The notes under the pieces are model-generated. The model was not told the DNA's origin. It was given only the letters and a program-made list of their open reading frames with translations, and searched no databases. From positions 24,490,001-24,554,000 of the forward strand of contig CM060734.1 of the NCBI GenBank assembly GCA_030704615.1: a stretch of DNA of 64,000 bases. Direction: 5' to 3'. Position 1 is the first letter of the stretch, and each line of letters opens with the position of its first letter. This document shows, piece by piece, positions 49,049 to 61,511 of this stretch. Position numbers and translations under genes: made by a program. This stretch comes from Takakia lepidozioides. Lineage: Eukaryota; Plantae; Bryophyta.

Positions 49049-51543
49049 CTAGGGTTACACGATCCATAGAATCAGTGACAGGTGGACGCATAATAACTTC
49101 AGGAAAATGGTTGACAGAAGAAAAAACGGAAACTAGTTTAAAAATAGACACGTGGAAGTCAGGGCGCGACACACAGCTGAGAAGGAAGTGCAAGAACAGG
49201 TGTCATAAAGAAAGAGGACAAGAACGGCCGTCAAAAGGGATGAAAGGCGGGCCCATTAATGAATACGAAAAAAAGGAAACGGAACGAACGGCAAGTACAG
49301 AAAAGCGAAATTCTTGTCACATGTGTGATCCTAGTGGACTATCCAGCAGGGAAAGTCCACTAAAGAAAATAAAATCTAAAATCCAGTCACAGCGGATACA
49401 GCCAATAGAAAACCAGAGAAAGGATCAAGAAAATGGAGGGAAATTGAGCGCAAGAGGCGGCGTCGTTCTGAGTAACGGGCGTCTCGACGGGACAGACCAT
49501 CAATGCTATAGCTTGGAAATTATGGAGGACCTAACAGATTATACGCTCGCAATATTACTTACGCAGCATAGACACGAAAGAACAGAGCAAAGCTTTTTCT
49601 CTTGAGCGATGCTTGCAAGCCCCGCAAGCTTACATGAAATTACCCATAGCTTTCTGTGGCGACCATACGTTTATGCTTTATGCACTACAGGCATTTCTGC
49701 AGTTGTTACAGCCAAAACAGTTCTGTGAGTCTAAAATGAAGAGAGTGAGAGGAATGGAGGAAATCAGGGTGAAGAGCACCACAATTCTGCAGAAACAAAC
49801 GATTGTTACCCCATAGGCGATACAGATACTGGAGGAGCTGAGATTGCAAGGATTGCAAAGCATAGATTGGACATTACACCATAGACAGTACATGTTACAA
49901 TTTTTGCAGAACTTTGAGCCAAAGACAGGAACAACAACGGTGAAGGGAGTTGAATTAATGATTATCCCCTATACCTCCAGCAATTGTTTTGATTGCCAGC
50001 AGGTCAGGTGCATGTGGAGGAACACAGGGCAAGACTGCAAATAGGGGACTTATTCCAAGAAGGGAGTTTCTTTAAAACTCAGGGTTATGCTTGTACCAAG
50101 GCTGTGTACCCAGGGCTAAAAGAGGTAGGCCAGGTATTGAATGTTCTGATTGCCATGAAACAGAACCAACAGTATTTGAGCAGATCCTTCACGGAGGAAA
50201 TACTCAAAGCCCTGAAGGGACAAGAGGTACAATGGGCGGACATAATGTACAACGCACTGGTGGAGGAGATGAAAAGATTACAAGGTACTACCGCAAAGTC
50301 TCCTATCATAGTGTTTGGCCCAATCATTGCTCAAATAATTCTTGATTCTGGCATACTTGATGCGCAAGAAAGAAAGGAGATGGGAGTGTTTGAGCCAGAA
50401 ACCACTGCAATGGAAGAGCAAGGCTCTTCACACAGTGAGGGTGGACTAGCAGGGCAACCCGAGACTAAGAGGCAGAGACGGGGAAAGACTATAGTGGCGG
50501 ATCCACTGGCTTCACGGATTCCGCATGATAATGTTTCCCCAGCTCATGTGCAGGAAGGGGCACAGCAGCACAGAGCAATGCTATTTCTGGAAGCAGGACC
50601 TTCAGAGAGGGAGGAGGAAGTTACTTCAGTATCACAACCATCACAGCCAGCTGATCGGCTTGTCACAAGGTTACAAGTTGTCCATGCAGCTCAACCAGAA
50701 ATAATTGATTTGGAAAAAGAAGGCTTAGATATTCCAACTACAGAACAGATAGTGGCAGAAATGGAGAAGGGGGACCTTCTCTATGAATATTCTGGTCTGG
50801 TCAAGGAGACAAAGATTCCAGAGGTGCAACACTTGCCCAAGGAAAATCCTGAGGTACATATAATACACACACCTGTGTCGGAGGTACCACAGGCAGCAGG
50901 TCATAACACTGCAGCACCGGTGATAGATGAAGTGGTTCAGGAAGAAAATCCGGTGGGACAATGGCCTGAGTGGTTCGTGAGACATCACACGGTTGAGGAT
51001 CAGGAGGAATAGCAGCAACCTCACCATGATAACCCTCAACAGGCAATGTTGATGAGTTCCATAGGCAGGACACTTAATTTGTTGGGGACTTATGTCAAAT
51101 CCCATGTTCCAACTACCCAATTGACAGCCTTGAGAGAGGAACTCGGGAAGGAGTTTGAGGCTCAACTAGCCACTGAGTGTGCAAACAAGGTCGATGAAGA
51201 GGTCACTCTCAAGATGCAGCAGGACTTGGGAAATACAGAAGCGGCTTTGCAATTAGTCAAGGAACAATTGATTGAGGCAGGCCTCGCGCAAGACCAGTTG
51301 CACGAAGCACAGCAACAGCTATACCAAATGCAGGTGCAGCATGAAAGCAAGTTGCAAGAAGTGAATGCACTACATACGGAGTTGCAGACAGTGCATGACA
51401 GGATGGCGATACAATGTACTACATTCACAACTATGCTTGACCAATCTACAAAAGAAATAAACAGTCAAGCGGAAAAATGTACGAAGGCAGAAGAAGAGAA
51501 TGTTGAACAAATGAAACTCATTGTCGATATGAAGAATACAATC

Positions 51544-52074
51544 TGTCGTGCACATACCTATCGCTACACAACTACATCGCTGTCCAAACCACACCACACA
51601 TATATGCACAATAAAGTAGTCTGCCACAATTGATAACCAAACTAGAAATGGACACACACTCTCAACACAAGAAATATGCAATCCCTCAACATCACTCTTT
51701 AAGATAATAGTCGAGCCAGGGGCACCCCAAGCTATGGGGACTCCACCCCACAACAACCTACACTCCCATCATAAGCACACTCAGATCTGAAGAATGCAGG
51801 AGCTCGGTCGCGCAGGCTCAACTCGAGAGAGATGAGCCGCGCGACTGCCGCTCTCGTGAAGATAAGACGGACCAGGTGTCAAACTAAACTTGACACCTGA
51901 TTTAACACTTGACCTAAATCCAAGTGTTAAATACAAATAACTAGTTTTATTCTAGCTGTTTTCACACTGTGCTTATTTAACTTGACAGCTGTCGTGCACA
52001 TACCTATCGCTACACAACTACATCGTTGTCCAAACCACACCACACATATATGCTCAATAAAGTAGTCTGCCACA
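51544..52074 (-). repeat. Putative 3' LTR of the DNMT-Gypsy, bounded by an 85-bp direct repeat
   Basis: TGTGGCAG begins right after the PPT; 51544-51628 matches 51990-52074 with 2 mismatches. Confidence 0.6.
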
Positions 52075-52334
52075 ATCGCCCCCCTAGCTGGTGGATAGGT
52101 CCCTCTACCTCCAGATAGCTACAAGATGAAATAGCCACAACCGTACTAAGTCCTCTATCACTGTCCCTATTGTACTCAAACTCTATAGACCAAGAGGCCG
52201 GGTACAAGAGTAGCCCCATCGTTAGTCGCCGTCTTGCAATCTGTGAACTTGAGCCAGGATCTCGTGTGTTCAAGGTCTCCTAGTAGCTGGGCCTTGCGTT
52301 TCATGTTAGCCTTCCATGGTTGTATCCACTCCCA

Positions 52335-55300
52335 CTATCCAATGCAATGTGGACATAACCAATCCCCATCTGGAACCATCTCAAGAGGTGGAGTCAAGCA
52401 TCCCATATGCCAACCTCTAGAGCATCGATCACACACCAGCATGGTGGCTGCCCCTTTAGCAGACCCACACAACATGCACCTCAAACCTGCAGATACCACT
52501 GCCAGGTTTGGGTCAATCCTGCCATCGACATTTGGAAGGTGACATGGCGCACAATTACGCACATGGTCCTTCCAAGTCATGCCATCCCGACCCTCCAAGA
52601 CCAAGACGCCTGAGGGCAAGACCTCTCGAACCCTCAAAATAACACGTCCTGCAGTCACATCCAGGGTCGTAGGAGCAGTCTGCTGCAGATAGACATAGTC
52701 ACCAGGGTTGAATCTCCGAACCCCAGGACGATAGCCCCCACCACGTATGGTAGCATACCTCAACGTATCACGGTGTTGTGCAATGGCAAGGTTCTCGAAA
52801 GCCATGGGCACGACTCTCTTGAACAACTCTGCACGCTGCTCACATGCACGTGCCCACACGTCCGGATCGTCAAGGTTAAGAACTGTAGCAGCTTCTCTAC
52901 GAATGGATGTAGGCAAATCCGGCTCTCGGCCAAAGAGAAGAAAGTATGGTGAGAAGGAGGCAAGTGATGCTTGCTTGCTGAACCTGTAGCCCATGGCTAA
53001 CCAGGGTAACTGAAGGTCCCAATCTCCTAGGTGTCTCTTCTGCAAGCCATACTTGCGCAAACCCCTCTTTACTGTCTGAACAACTCTCTCTGCCAAGCCA
53101 TCGGCCTCAGGATGATCCCGAGAAGTGGTGCGGTGGTCTATCAAGGCCTTGTCACACAAAGCCTGAAACTCCCCCAAGAACTCTCTCCCTTGGTCCGTGA
53201 GTACCTCAGCTGGAGCACCGAATCGGCTAAGCACACAATCCAGGAATGCATATGCAGCTCCCTCACTAGCCTTATCAGGCAATGGAACCAATTCAATCCA
53301 CTTGGAGAAGTGCTCCACCATCACCAATACGTACTTGTTGTGGCGCATGGTCAGTGGCAACGGCCCTGCGAAGTCAAGACTCCACCTGTAGCCCAATCCC
53401 ATGATCGGAAGAGGGTGCAATTGTGGAGTAGGGGCGTTGAATGAAGCACGCACCCTGTCACACACCATGCACCTAGCCACAAATTGTTGCACCTCTGTGT
53501 GCATACCACGCCACCAATACTGCCCCTGCAGTAGACCATGAGTGCGTCGCACCCCAAAATGCCCCAACTCCTCATGGGCATGGCGCACTAACTGTGCCCG
53601 CTGTGTTGGGTGAGGCACAATCCTCACTCGACCATCCTCCCACACTCAGAGCAGGTGTGTCCCCTCCCACCTGAACCTCTTGGCTCGTTGTAGGATCCGA
53701 TCCCTCTCCTTGGCAGTCACAGTGGCTGCCGTGTCTCCAGTGCGGAGGTAGTCCAACACAACTGAATCCTCATGTATATCTTTGGCGCTACCTTGCTCAT
53801 TGCTGGCCTCAGGGTCCTTAGACACTTGATGTACAGTCATCCCTGTTGCAGGTCCAACCTGGCCTTTCGCTGCCAAGATACACAGAAATGCAGATGCATG
53901 CCATCCGGGCACCATCTCCTCGTCCGTCTCACCATGCCACCGAGCTCCAGTGTCATCCTGTTGGCTCGTGCATGGATTGCGACTCAACCCATCTGCATTG
54001 CGATTGACCAAACCCGGTCGATGCACCACCTGAAAGTAATACTCTTGAAGGATGAGTGCCCACCGTGCAAGCTTCCCCGTAAGCTTGTCTGACTCCATCA
54101 ACCACTTGAGTGGTTGGTGATCCGTGACAAGGGTGAAGAGATTGCCGTATAGATAGCACCTGAAGTGTGCCACGGCCCACACTGCAGCTAAGCATTCTCC
54201 CTCATATGAGCTATACTTAGACTCTGCAGCATTGTTCGAGCGGCTAGCATAAGCCACTACGAACTCTCTTCCCTCATCATCCACCTGTGTGAGCACCGCT
54301 CCAAGCCCCAGCATGCTCCAATCTGTATGCAGCTGAAAAGGACGCCCCCTGATAGGTCGTCTCAAGATGGGCGCCGAGGTCAACCTCGCCTTGAGCTCTT
54401 GAAAAGCTTGTTCTTGCTCATCTTCCCACTGCCACTCCTGGTCCACCTTGGTCAGCTTGGTTAGAGCCTTTGCAATGGCACTGAATCCCTTAACAAACCG
54501 TCTGTAATAGTTTGCTAACCCCATGAAAGCTCGAACTCGGCTCACATCCGTGGGGCGTGGAACCTGTGCAATGGACTCTACCTTAGTCTGCTGTACCCCC
54601 AATCCTCCAGGATATATCATGTGACCCAGATACTCAATCTGGTTGTGGAAAAACTTGCACTTGCCCGGATGTAACTTCAATCCGTGCGTCCTTAAGCGCT
54701 AAAATACCCCCTGAAGGTGTCTCTCATGCTCCTCCACCGTAGCACTAAAGATGATGATGTCATCTATGTAGCACCGAGCAAACTCCACCCCTGCTAGAAT
54801 CCTGTCCATGACTCTTTGAAACTCAGCATGAGCGTTTTTAAGCCCAAATGGTAAGAACCGCCACTGGTATAGGCAATCCTTCTCGTGCTCATTGATCCCC
54901 CAGAATGCCGTCTTTTGCTTATCCGCCTCCTTGATCGGCAACTGGTGATATCCGGATCGTAAATCCAACATGCTAAAGACCTTGGAATGCCCAATGGCAT
55001 CAAAGATCTCCTCTGGTGTTGGCATGGCATACCTATCGGACTTGGTCTGACGATTTATAGGCCGGTAATCACCGCACATACGTCTCTCCGTCCAATTGCC
55101 ATAGACATCCTTCTTAGCTGGCATCACTGTGGCTGAAGCATACTCTCCACCAGAGAGCTCCACCAAACCTGCCTCCCAGAGATCTTGAGTCCTCATCTGA
55201 ATCAAAGACCTCTCCATGTCACTGTATCTATAGGGTCTCCGAAAGATTGGCGTGTCAGTGGCCAACTCAATACGGATCTCTTGACCCTTCAGTGCTCCCA

Positions 55301-58191
55301 AGTCCTTCAAACTGAAGGCAAAGCAATTCCTGTAAGCCCTTAGGAACCGCCGTATACGTCGTCTCTCTCCTCCGGTGACAATGGGTCCAATGTCAGGCTC
55401 CCAATTGTCCTCCGTGACTGCAACATTAAGTCCAGTGGGCTTAGAGGTGGAGGACGCGTCCCGTGGTTGCTATGCTGCAACCTCTTGAGCAGTACTTCCT
55501 TCCTGCTCAGTCAATGACAATGCCTCATCCTGCCCCATCATCTCATCATTGAGAACCTCCTCATCCCGAGAAGAATCCCCAACCTCATCCATCACAGCTG
55601 CTTTGGCTGCCAACTCCCTCTGAACCTCGAGCACCTCCCACGTGTGCCATGGATGTCTACACCCCGTGGTCCTCACCGGCTCGCCCCCACTCGCTGCCTG
55701 TACCGTCTCGGTAGGCAGAGAGACCGTCCAGGGAAGTGCGCTCCGCACTCTACGTTGCTCAGCCATAGCCAAGCTGATAATCCAGGTCAAGCAATTGAGA
55801 TCCATTGCTTGCCCCAACACCTGCCGACGTGATGCCTCAGAAAGAGAAGGCACCGCCGTGGTCCCAGTGGAAAACCCCATAGCCCGCTCTCGCTCGTCGG
55901 CATTAGGCTCCACTAACTGTTGCAACTGAGCATCCCACAGGAGGCCAGGTCCACCATCCCGAAAAGCATGGGATCCTGGGAAGCTGAGCAGTGTAGGTAA
56001 TGCTGCTCGTGGTTGACCCACCCTGTTGACCACTGCCAAAGGCGAACGGTCATCGTGTCTCACACGTTGAGACTGCCTCCCTGTGTCCAAAATGCCATCC
56101 ACGGTAAGGTGTGCTGGCTGCTGCACCCCATCAAATGCACGCTTGAGTAGTGCGGGTGGCATCAAGTTAGTCCACCAAAGCCGTGGACGATGAGCCCGTG
56201 ACCCCATTGCAGCTGCATCCAGCAACACTGCTGACCCAAGCCATGACCGGACTTGATGCACACTGGCCATCACCCTGGCCCGAGAATCACCCATCAGTGG
56301 TACATTCTCCAAGATGTATGCTGGAGATACAGCTTGATGAAGCTGCAAGCAGCGCAAAATCCGCACCATCTCCCAAAACAGACCCGTCCTCGAGTCTCGC
56401 AATCCATTGCCATGCCCGGCTGATGAATGCCCTTGGCAGGGCCAACCTGCCACTACCAGATCAATGGAGCCAACCTGCTCTAAATCCTGCGCCCCCAGCA
56501 AAGAAATGTCTGCTGGCAAGGCTTGTTGGAATCCACGAACTGCAGACACTGACAACAAGTCAGGGTATTGCTGTACCAACTGAGCAACATGGCGCAGTGA
56601 GACGCGTCGTGCAGTCTCATCCCTCTCCACATACAGGTAACGTCGAACTCGTACACCTGCCTGTAGCACAGCAGCCAATCCGGTGCTGATCCCGCCAAAC
56701 AAGTCCAGAAGGCAAATGCCTTCATCCGGATACTGCCACACAATAGGTGTGGTATCCAATGGTGACAACTGAGGTGGTCCTGGTGCAATACCCGCACTCT
56801 CCTCCTCTCCTAACGGAACAAAAGCCTCTACCCAGGCTTGTTGCACCCGTCGATCAGCAACCTGCTGCAAATCCTTGCTCGTACCCCACAATGGAGTGTG
56901 AGCAACCATGGCAGGTAACTCCGCCATACCATGCATGTCATCCTGCTCTGCTGGAGGTGGCACATCCTCTGCATGGGCATTGCCTTCCAGCAACTCTCCA
57001 GGCCAACTAACTGCAGCTGTAAAGGCGGCTAGTGTTGGCATCTTGCCCCGCTGGGCAGCCGCTATACCCCCAATGAATGTCACAGGGAGCTGTGCGCGGC
57101 GACCATCGCCTGACTGCCATCCAGGCCTGTAGGATGCTGACTCCTCCCAAAAGTCCAAGGTGAAGCCCATGGGGTATAACACTGCCCCACCAACGAGGAC
57201 ATCGTAAGAGACTGCGTCTGTCACAATGGCCTTGGCTCGCATTACTGAGCCATCGATAGGATGATCCGGCTGCAGTCTAATGACCAACTGATGCCGTGTC
57301 ATGCCCCGAGCCTGCTCTGATCCTCCCAGAGATGTCTGTATCTGGAAAGGGCAAGGCTCCATATCCGCCTCCATGAGGCCCAAACCTGCAATAGCAGCTC
57401 TGCCCAACATCAGTGGCTGAGCTCCCGAGTCCAACAAGACCTGCAGTGGCCGGTACTTCTTGCCTGCCGGTCCACTCAAAGTGAAAATGCCTCCCTGGTT
57501 GTCTAACAAGACAACTCCAGGTGTCACCATGGCGCGCTCAAAGGCTGGCCTAGCTGGCAGCTCCGTCAACCTAGCAGCTGCAGCTTGCCAGGGCGCAGCC
57601 GTGGCAGTCTTGACCCTCAAATCCGAGGATCCCTCTGCCACTACACCTTCCACTAACTCCGCAGAAGATGAAATGACCTCCCCACTCTCACAGAGTGTTG
57701 CTGCTAGTCTGAACACTGCAGCTGGCCTTACCCCCGGCGTGGCAATCATTGTTGCCGAGAACAGTGGGGCCTGACACACAGAGGTGGCTGCCCCCAATAA
57801 CACACCGGCCGCACTAGCCTTGGCAGCAGGAGTCAATGCTGCACGTGTAGCTCTCCCCAATGGCATAGTAACCTCCGCCTCGGGAACAGTCGGGCGAGAA
57901 CTAGGTGCCATGGATGGCGTCGATACAGTCTCCGCCAAGGGAATGACTGAGGAAGCCTCGCCTGACGGCTTGCCTCCCCACGCTGTGGATCCAATTCCAC
58001 CTCTGCACCTCGTGGCTCAGGAACTCGTGCTGCTCCTCGAGTCACGGCTGCAGCAGACTCCACCTGCTCTAGTGGTAGTGCTGCTCCGCACATAAATCCC
58101 ATGCCTCCCATATCTCCTCCCTCAGGAGCAGGAGGTGGACCATCCCGCCTGGGAGCCGGTACCGCCTGAGCTATAGCCATGGCAGCGAGCC
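52335..58191 (-). pseudogene. pol: pol polyprotein PR-DNMT-RT-RH-IN-PHD, three in-frame stops
   Basis: ORFs 55470-57938, 54699-55310, 53646-54680 and 52335-53645 share one frame, separated by single stops; one frameshift near 57940. Confidence 0.92.
55770..56720 (-). CDS. C5-cytosine DNA methyltransferase domain within pol
   Basis: Motif I LDLFGGISTG, II YVE, III DI, IV GWPCQG, VI ENV, VIII RPRLWW, IX ERERAMGF, X LGQAM. Confidence 0.93.
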
Positions 58192-58449
58192 GGGGGTTGC
58201 TATTCCATGAGCTCATGAGCGGTGAGCTCATGAGCTCATGAGCGGGCATGGCTCACCCATGAGCCGCAAAGTAACACACTTCGAATTTCGGCAGATTTTT
58301 TTCGGGCCCAAAACTATAAAATAATCAAAAATCGAAGATTTCCGCGCTCATGCTGGAAGCACTCCGCTCATGAGTACCAGTGTACGCTCATGACTTGGAG
58401 CCCAGGCTCATGGACCGCTAGGCCAGGTCATAGAAAAACTGAATTCTGG

Positions 58450-58922
58450 GCAATAACGGCACCGAAATTATCCCAGAGGCAGAGACGCAAGCGGAATTAG
58501 GATCCGGGTTTGCAGACTCCGAAAACGCAATGGCGACCTATAACCGTGGATAGTACCGTTGCAGAAGTGCATGATGGTTGGGTATAACGGCGCCGTAATT
58601 GGGCACAGGAAAAGAAATAGCCGGCTGAAGGCTCGGGAGTGAAGCCAACAACGGTGAAAGTAATTGGGCTCCGCCAACCAAATACCCGGCTGCATCCTCC
58701 GGAGTGCAGGCGATAACGGCGCCGAAATGGGCGCCGAAAATCAAATACTCGGTTGAAGCCACCGGAGTGCAACCGATAACGGCGCCGAAATTGGGTCCGG
58801 AAACCAAATACCCGGCTGAAGGCTAGGGATTGCAACCAATAACGGCGCCGAAATTGACCTGCGGAAACAAAATTCTCGGCTGAAGCTTCCGCACTCCATC
58901 CAATAACGGCGCCAAAATTGGG
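58450..58922. repeat. Subterminal ~63-bp-period repeat with ATAACGGCGCCGAAAT
   Basis: Copies at ~58453, 58583, 58713, 58776, 58838 and 58901, with degenerate units in between. Confidence 0.85.
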
Positions 58923-59040
58923 CTCCGGAGAGCAAATACCCGCCTTACGGTAAGGGAGGCCTTGCTCTCATTTTGCTCTTCACTCTTCTCTGTTGTGCCC
59001 ATCTCCTCCCTGCTTTGAGTTCGTGCTATGTCGTGAGGCC

Positions 59041-59592
59041 ATGTCGTGCCCGAATCACATCTATCGACGCCAGACGGGAGTCATTTTCCCGAAAGCAGAC
59101 GACATCATTGTTTTCCTGGATGTTTTTAGGGACGATCCTCGACTTGTCCAGCTGAGAGCAATGGAGTTTCTTCCAGGATTGCACGATTCTCCTGGACCCC
59201 GGATGGGGAGCAGGTGGTTCCTACGCATCATGGACCTGGACTTTCCGCATGAGTGGGAGCCGAACAGATCACGCACAGCGTTGCTGTATCGCTGGAATTG
59301 TTGCGAGTGGACGTATGATGAGTGCATAGGTGAAAACTTTACGCGTGGAGGGACTGGCTCGGAAAGTGGGGACATTCTCTTCAGTTATGAGGATGAGGAG
59401 GAGGGGAACACAGGGCCCACTGTGAAAATGTCCTTCTACCAAGGGGGCGCTATCGATAAACACGACATCCTCGTTAGTTTCAACCGGGCGACAGAAACCA
59501 CTGACATTTTGTTCAAATATAGGCACCCGGTCACTCAGGAGGTCCTTGAGAGGCCAGTTAGAGTTCCTTCTTCTTGGGCAAGGGGACCATAG
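59041..59592 (+). CDS. Unknown 'RWNCC' accessory protein, intact 183-aa ORF
   Basis: Open frame from ATG 59041; homologous to the two family A paralogs. Confidence 0.75.
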   Translation: MSCPNHIYRRQTGVIFPKADDIIVFLDVFRDDPRLVQLRAMEFLPGLHDSPGPRMGSRWFLRIMDLDFPHEWEPNRSRTALLYRWNCCEWTYDECIGENFTRGGTGSESGDILFSYEDEEEGNTGPTVKMSFYQGGAIDKHDILVSFNRATETTDILFKYRHPVTQEVLERPVRVPSSWARGP

Positions 59593-60273
59593 GTCTTGCA
59601 TGCTAGAGTAGACATGTTTCGACTCGCCGACACTCATGTCATACATTTTCATTCAGAAATCAAGCAGCTTCCCTGTGCCATATGGGGAATATACATGCTT
59701 GGATAATCTTCTGTTAAGGTTTTTTGCAATTCACTGCCAGTATGCTGGGACGTGTCCTTTGTCGTATGGATTGCTGTTTGCACAAAGTGCAGTATGCAAA
59801 TGCTGGAATGTGCAGTAGGACCCTTCCCACTGGGACACAGAACTAGCAATCTTGTAAAGACATCACATTTGCAGAACAGTAACAATGTATTTGTAGCAAA
59901 TTGGAGTCTTCTCATAGAGGTGGACGAAAACGCCAGGATGGGCTGCGAAATCACTACAAATTGAATGAAGAGCAGTAACAAGGAAGCACTATGCAGTACA
60001 TAGACCATAAACGGCGCTGAAATAGGCCTCAATGCCCGTTAATCTCCACACAATGTATGCTTTACTCGGATCCATTTGTAGACAACCAAAATAAAAAAAG
60101 CATGCGCATGCCATTCATGGCCAAAAACCACATTCTCATGTATTGCGGCACCAAAATTCACATGTAGCCATGGCGATGCGGCACCACCAAGTGTATAATT
60201 CCTCCAAAAAAAATAGGGTGCAAGAAGATGAATGTAATATAATTGCCACTTTCTCCTTCCCGAATGTGGAATG

Positions 60274-60693
60274 TCAAGCAGTCCGACCAGTGTCCTGCCG
60301 TAGGGCCTTGTGCAGCTCGTTGAAACTCAGTGTTGGAGCATGGATGAAGACGTCCACTGCGGATATGCAACTCATGCGCTTCAGAAAAATGTAATAAAGG
60401 TGTTTGCAGGGGACGTATGCTGCATTCTTTGATTCCATAACAAGGAAGTCCTCACAGTTGCAAGCTGGATACTGTGAAACCGTGATTGTATACACGACAC
60501 TGCGCGCAGCAGACCCGGCTGTTGACAACTGAAATATGCGCCCCATCCCGGGGTGAGGAACATCCTTGCAACCTTGCACTATGCAGGGCATTGCAAGAGC
60601 GTTGGCCATCCTGGTGTCGTTCGCCTTTGTTGGTGGCCGCCGTCTTTTCAGTTTCCCCCACCGATGGGTGGGCCAAGCTGCGGGGTCACCCAC
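60274..60693 (-). CDS. C-terminal SWIM-finger part of the family C MULE transposase
   Basis: PTHRWGKLKRRRPP...YTITVSQYPACNCEDF...PCKHLYYIFLKR, close to the family A C-terminus. Confidence 0.88.
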   Translation of the reverse strand: MGDPAAWPTHRWGKLKRRRPPTKANDTRMANALAMPCIVQGCKDVPHPGMGRIFQLSTAGSAARSVVYTITVSQYPACNCEDFLVMESKNAAYVPCKHLYYIFLKRMSCISAVDVFIHAPTLSFNELHKALRQDTGRTA

Positions 60694-61068
60694 CGGTATG
60701 CGGGGCGAAGAGCTTCTCGTGGGAGGAGGATGACGACTGGGAATTGGATTTCGTGGAACGTATTTTAGCTTTCAGAGAATCAGGATGGAAGTACACGTTT
60801 ACCCAAACACGGGAGTCCATGTTGAAGACAGGACCTCTCGGTACACTCCGCAGCGAAGTCCTGCAGTGAGAAGAGTGTGTCCTACCTAATAACACAAATG
60901 ATTTTCTGGAGGATTCCGTATCCAACAGGATGGGTGATCAGTGCACGTAAAGATGAAGGTATGTAACGTACGTTACAAAAACGGACGACAACAGCAAGTT
61001 CACATCGGATATTTGGTGCCTGAATTGTAATGTACAACCACTTGGGCTACAATAAATCAGGCCTTCCC

Positions 61069-61469
61069 ATGAATTTCGGCACCGAAATCTGGATGAACAT
61101 CTCTGTCATGTAACAACTTTGGAAGCCAGGGGATGAATTCCGGCGACAGAAATAGTAATTTGTTCACCTCATGAAACTGACCAAGCATCCAACGGATGGA
61201 TTTCGGTGCCGAAATTCGGATGAACATCTTCTTCATCAAATTGTTTCTGCACATGAGGGTTGAATTTGGATGCCAAAATACAGATGAATGTGTTCCTGAT
61301 TACAGTCGTGATTCACCACGTGTCCGGATATCGCTGCCGCCATCGGAATGACAGTAATCCTGAATCGGCAGAATGGATGTATTTCGGCGCCGAAATTCAT
61401 TCTTCATCTCCTTTTCCGACCCTAATTCTGCTGCCCTGCGGATGGATTTCGGTGCCGAAATTCATCTGA

Positions 61470-61511
<42 letters not shown>

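Larger units (their letters stand above)
46322..51543 (+). mobile_element. Ty3/Gypsy internal fragment: RT end, RNase H, integrase, extra 3' ORFs
   Basis: LNPEKC..LGH; HCDAS..LGAVL; RNYSTTEREAL; HKGVAGGH..C..CQ; KWGLDF; ISDQGSHF; YYPQGNGQAE; additional ORFs 48400-49605 and ~49613-51543. Confidence 0.92.
51544..58191 (-). mobile_element. Ty3/Gypsy retrotransposon carrying a C5 DNA methyltransferase and a PHD finger; 5' part cut by MULE family C
   Basis: Order on minus strand: protease (LLDSGA), DNMT, RT (YIDD), RNase H, integrase, PHD, PPT (52075-52088), putative LTR. Confidence 0.93.

Noticed and set aside
57930-57950. Programmed gag-pol frameshift in the DNMT-Gypsy
   Set aside because: No clear slippery heptamer; a one-base loss in a C run is simpler given the many indels in this window.
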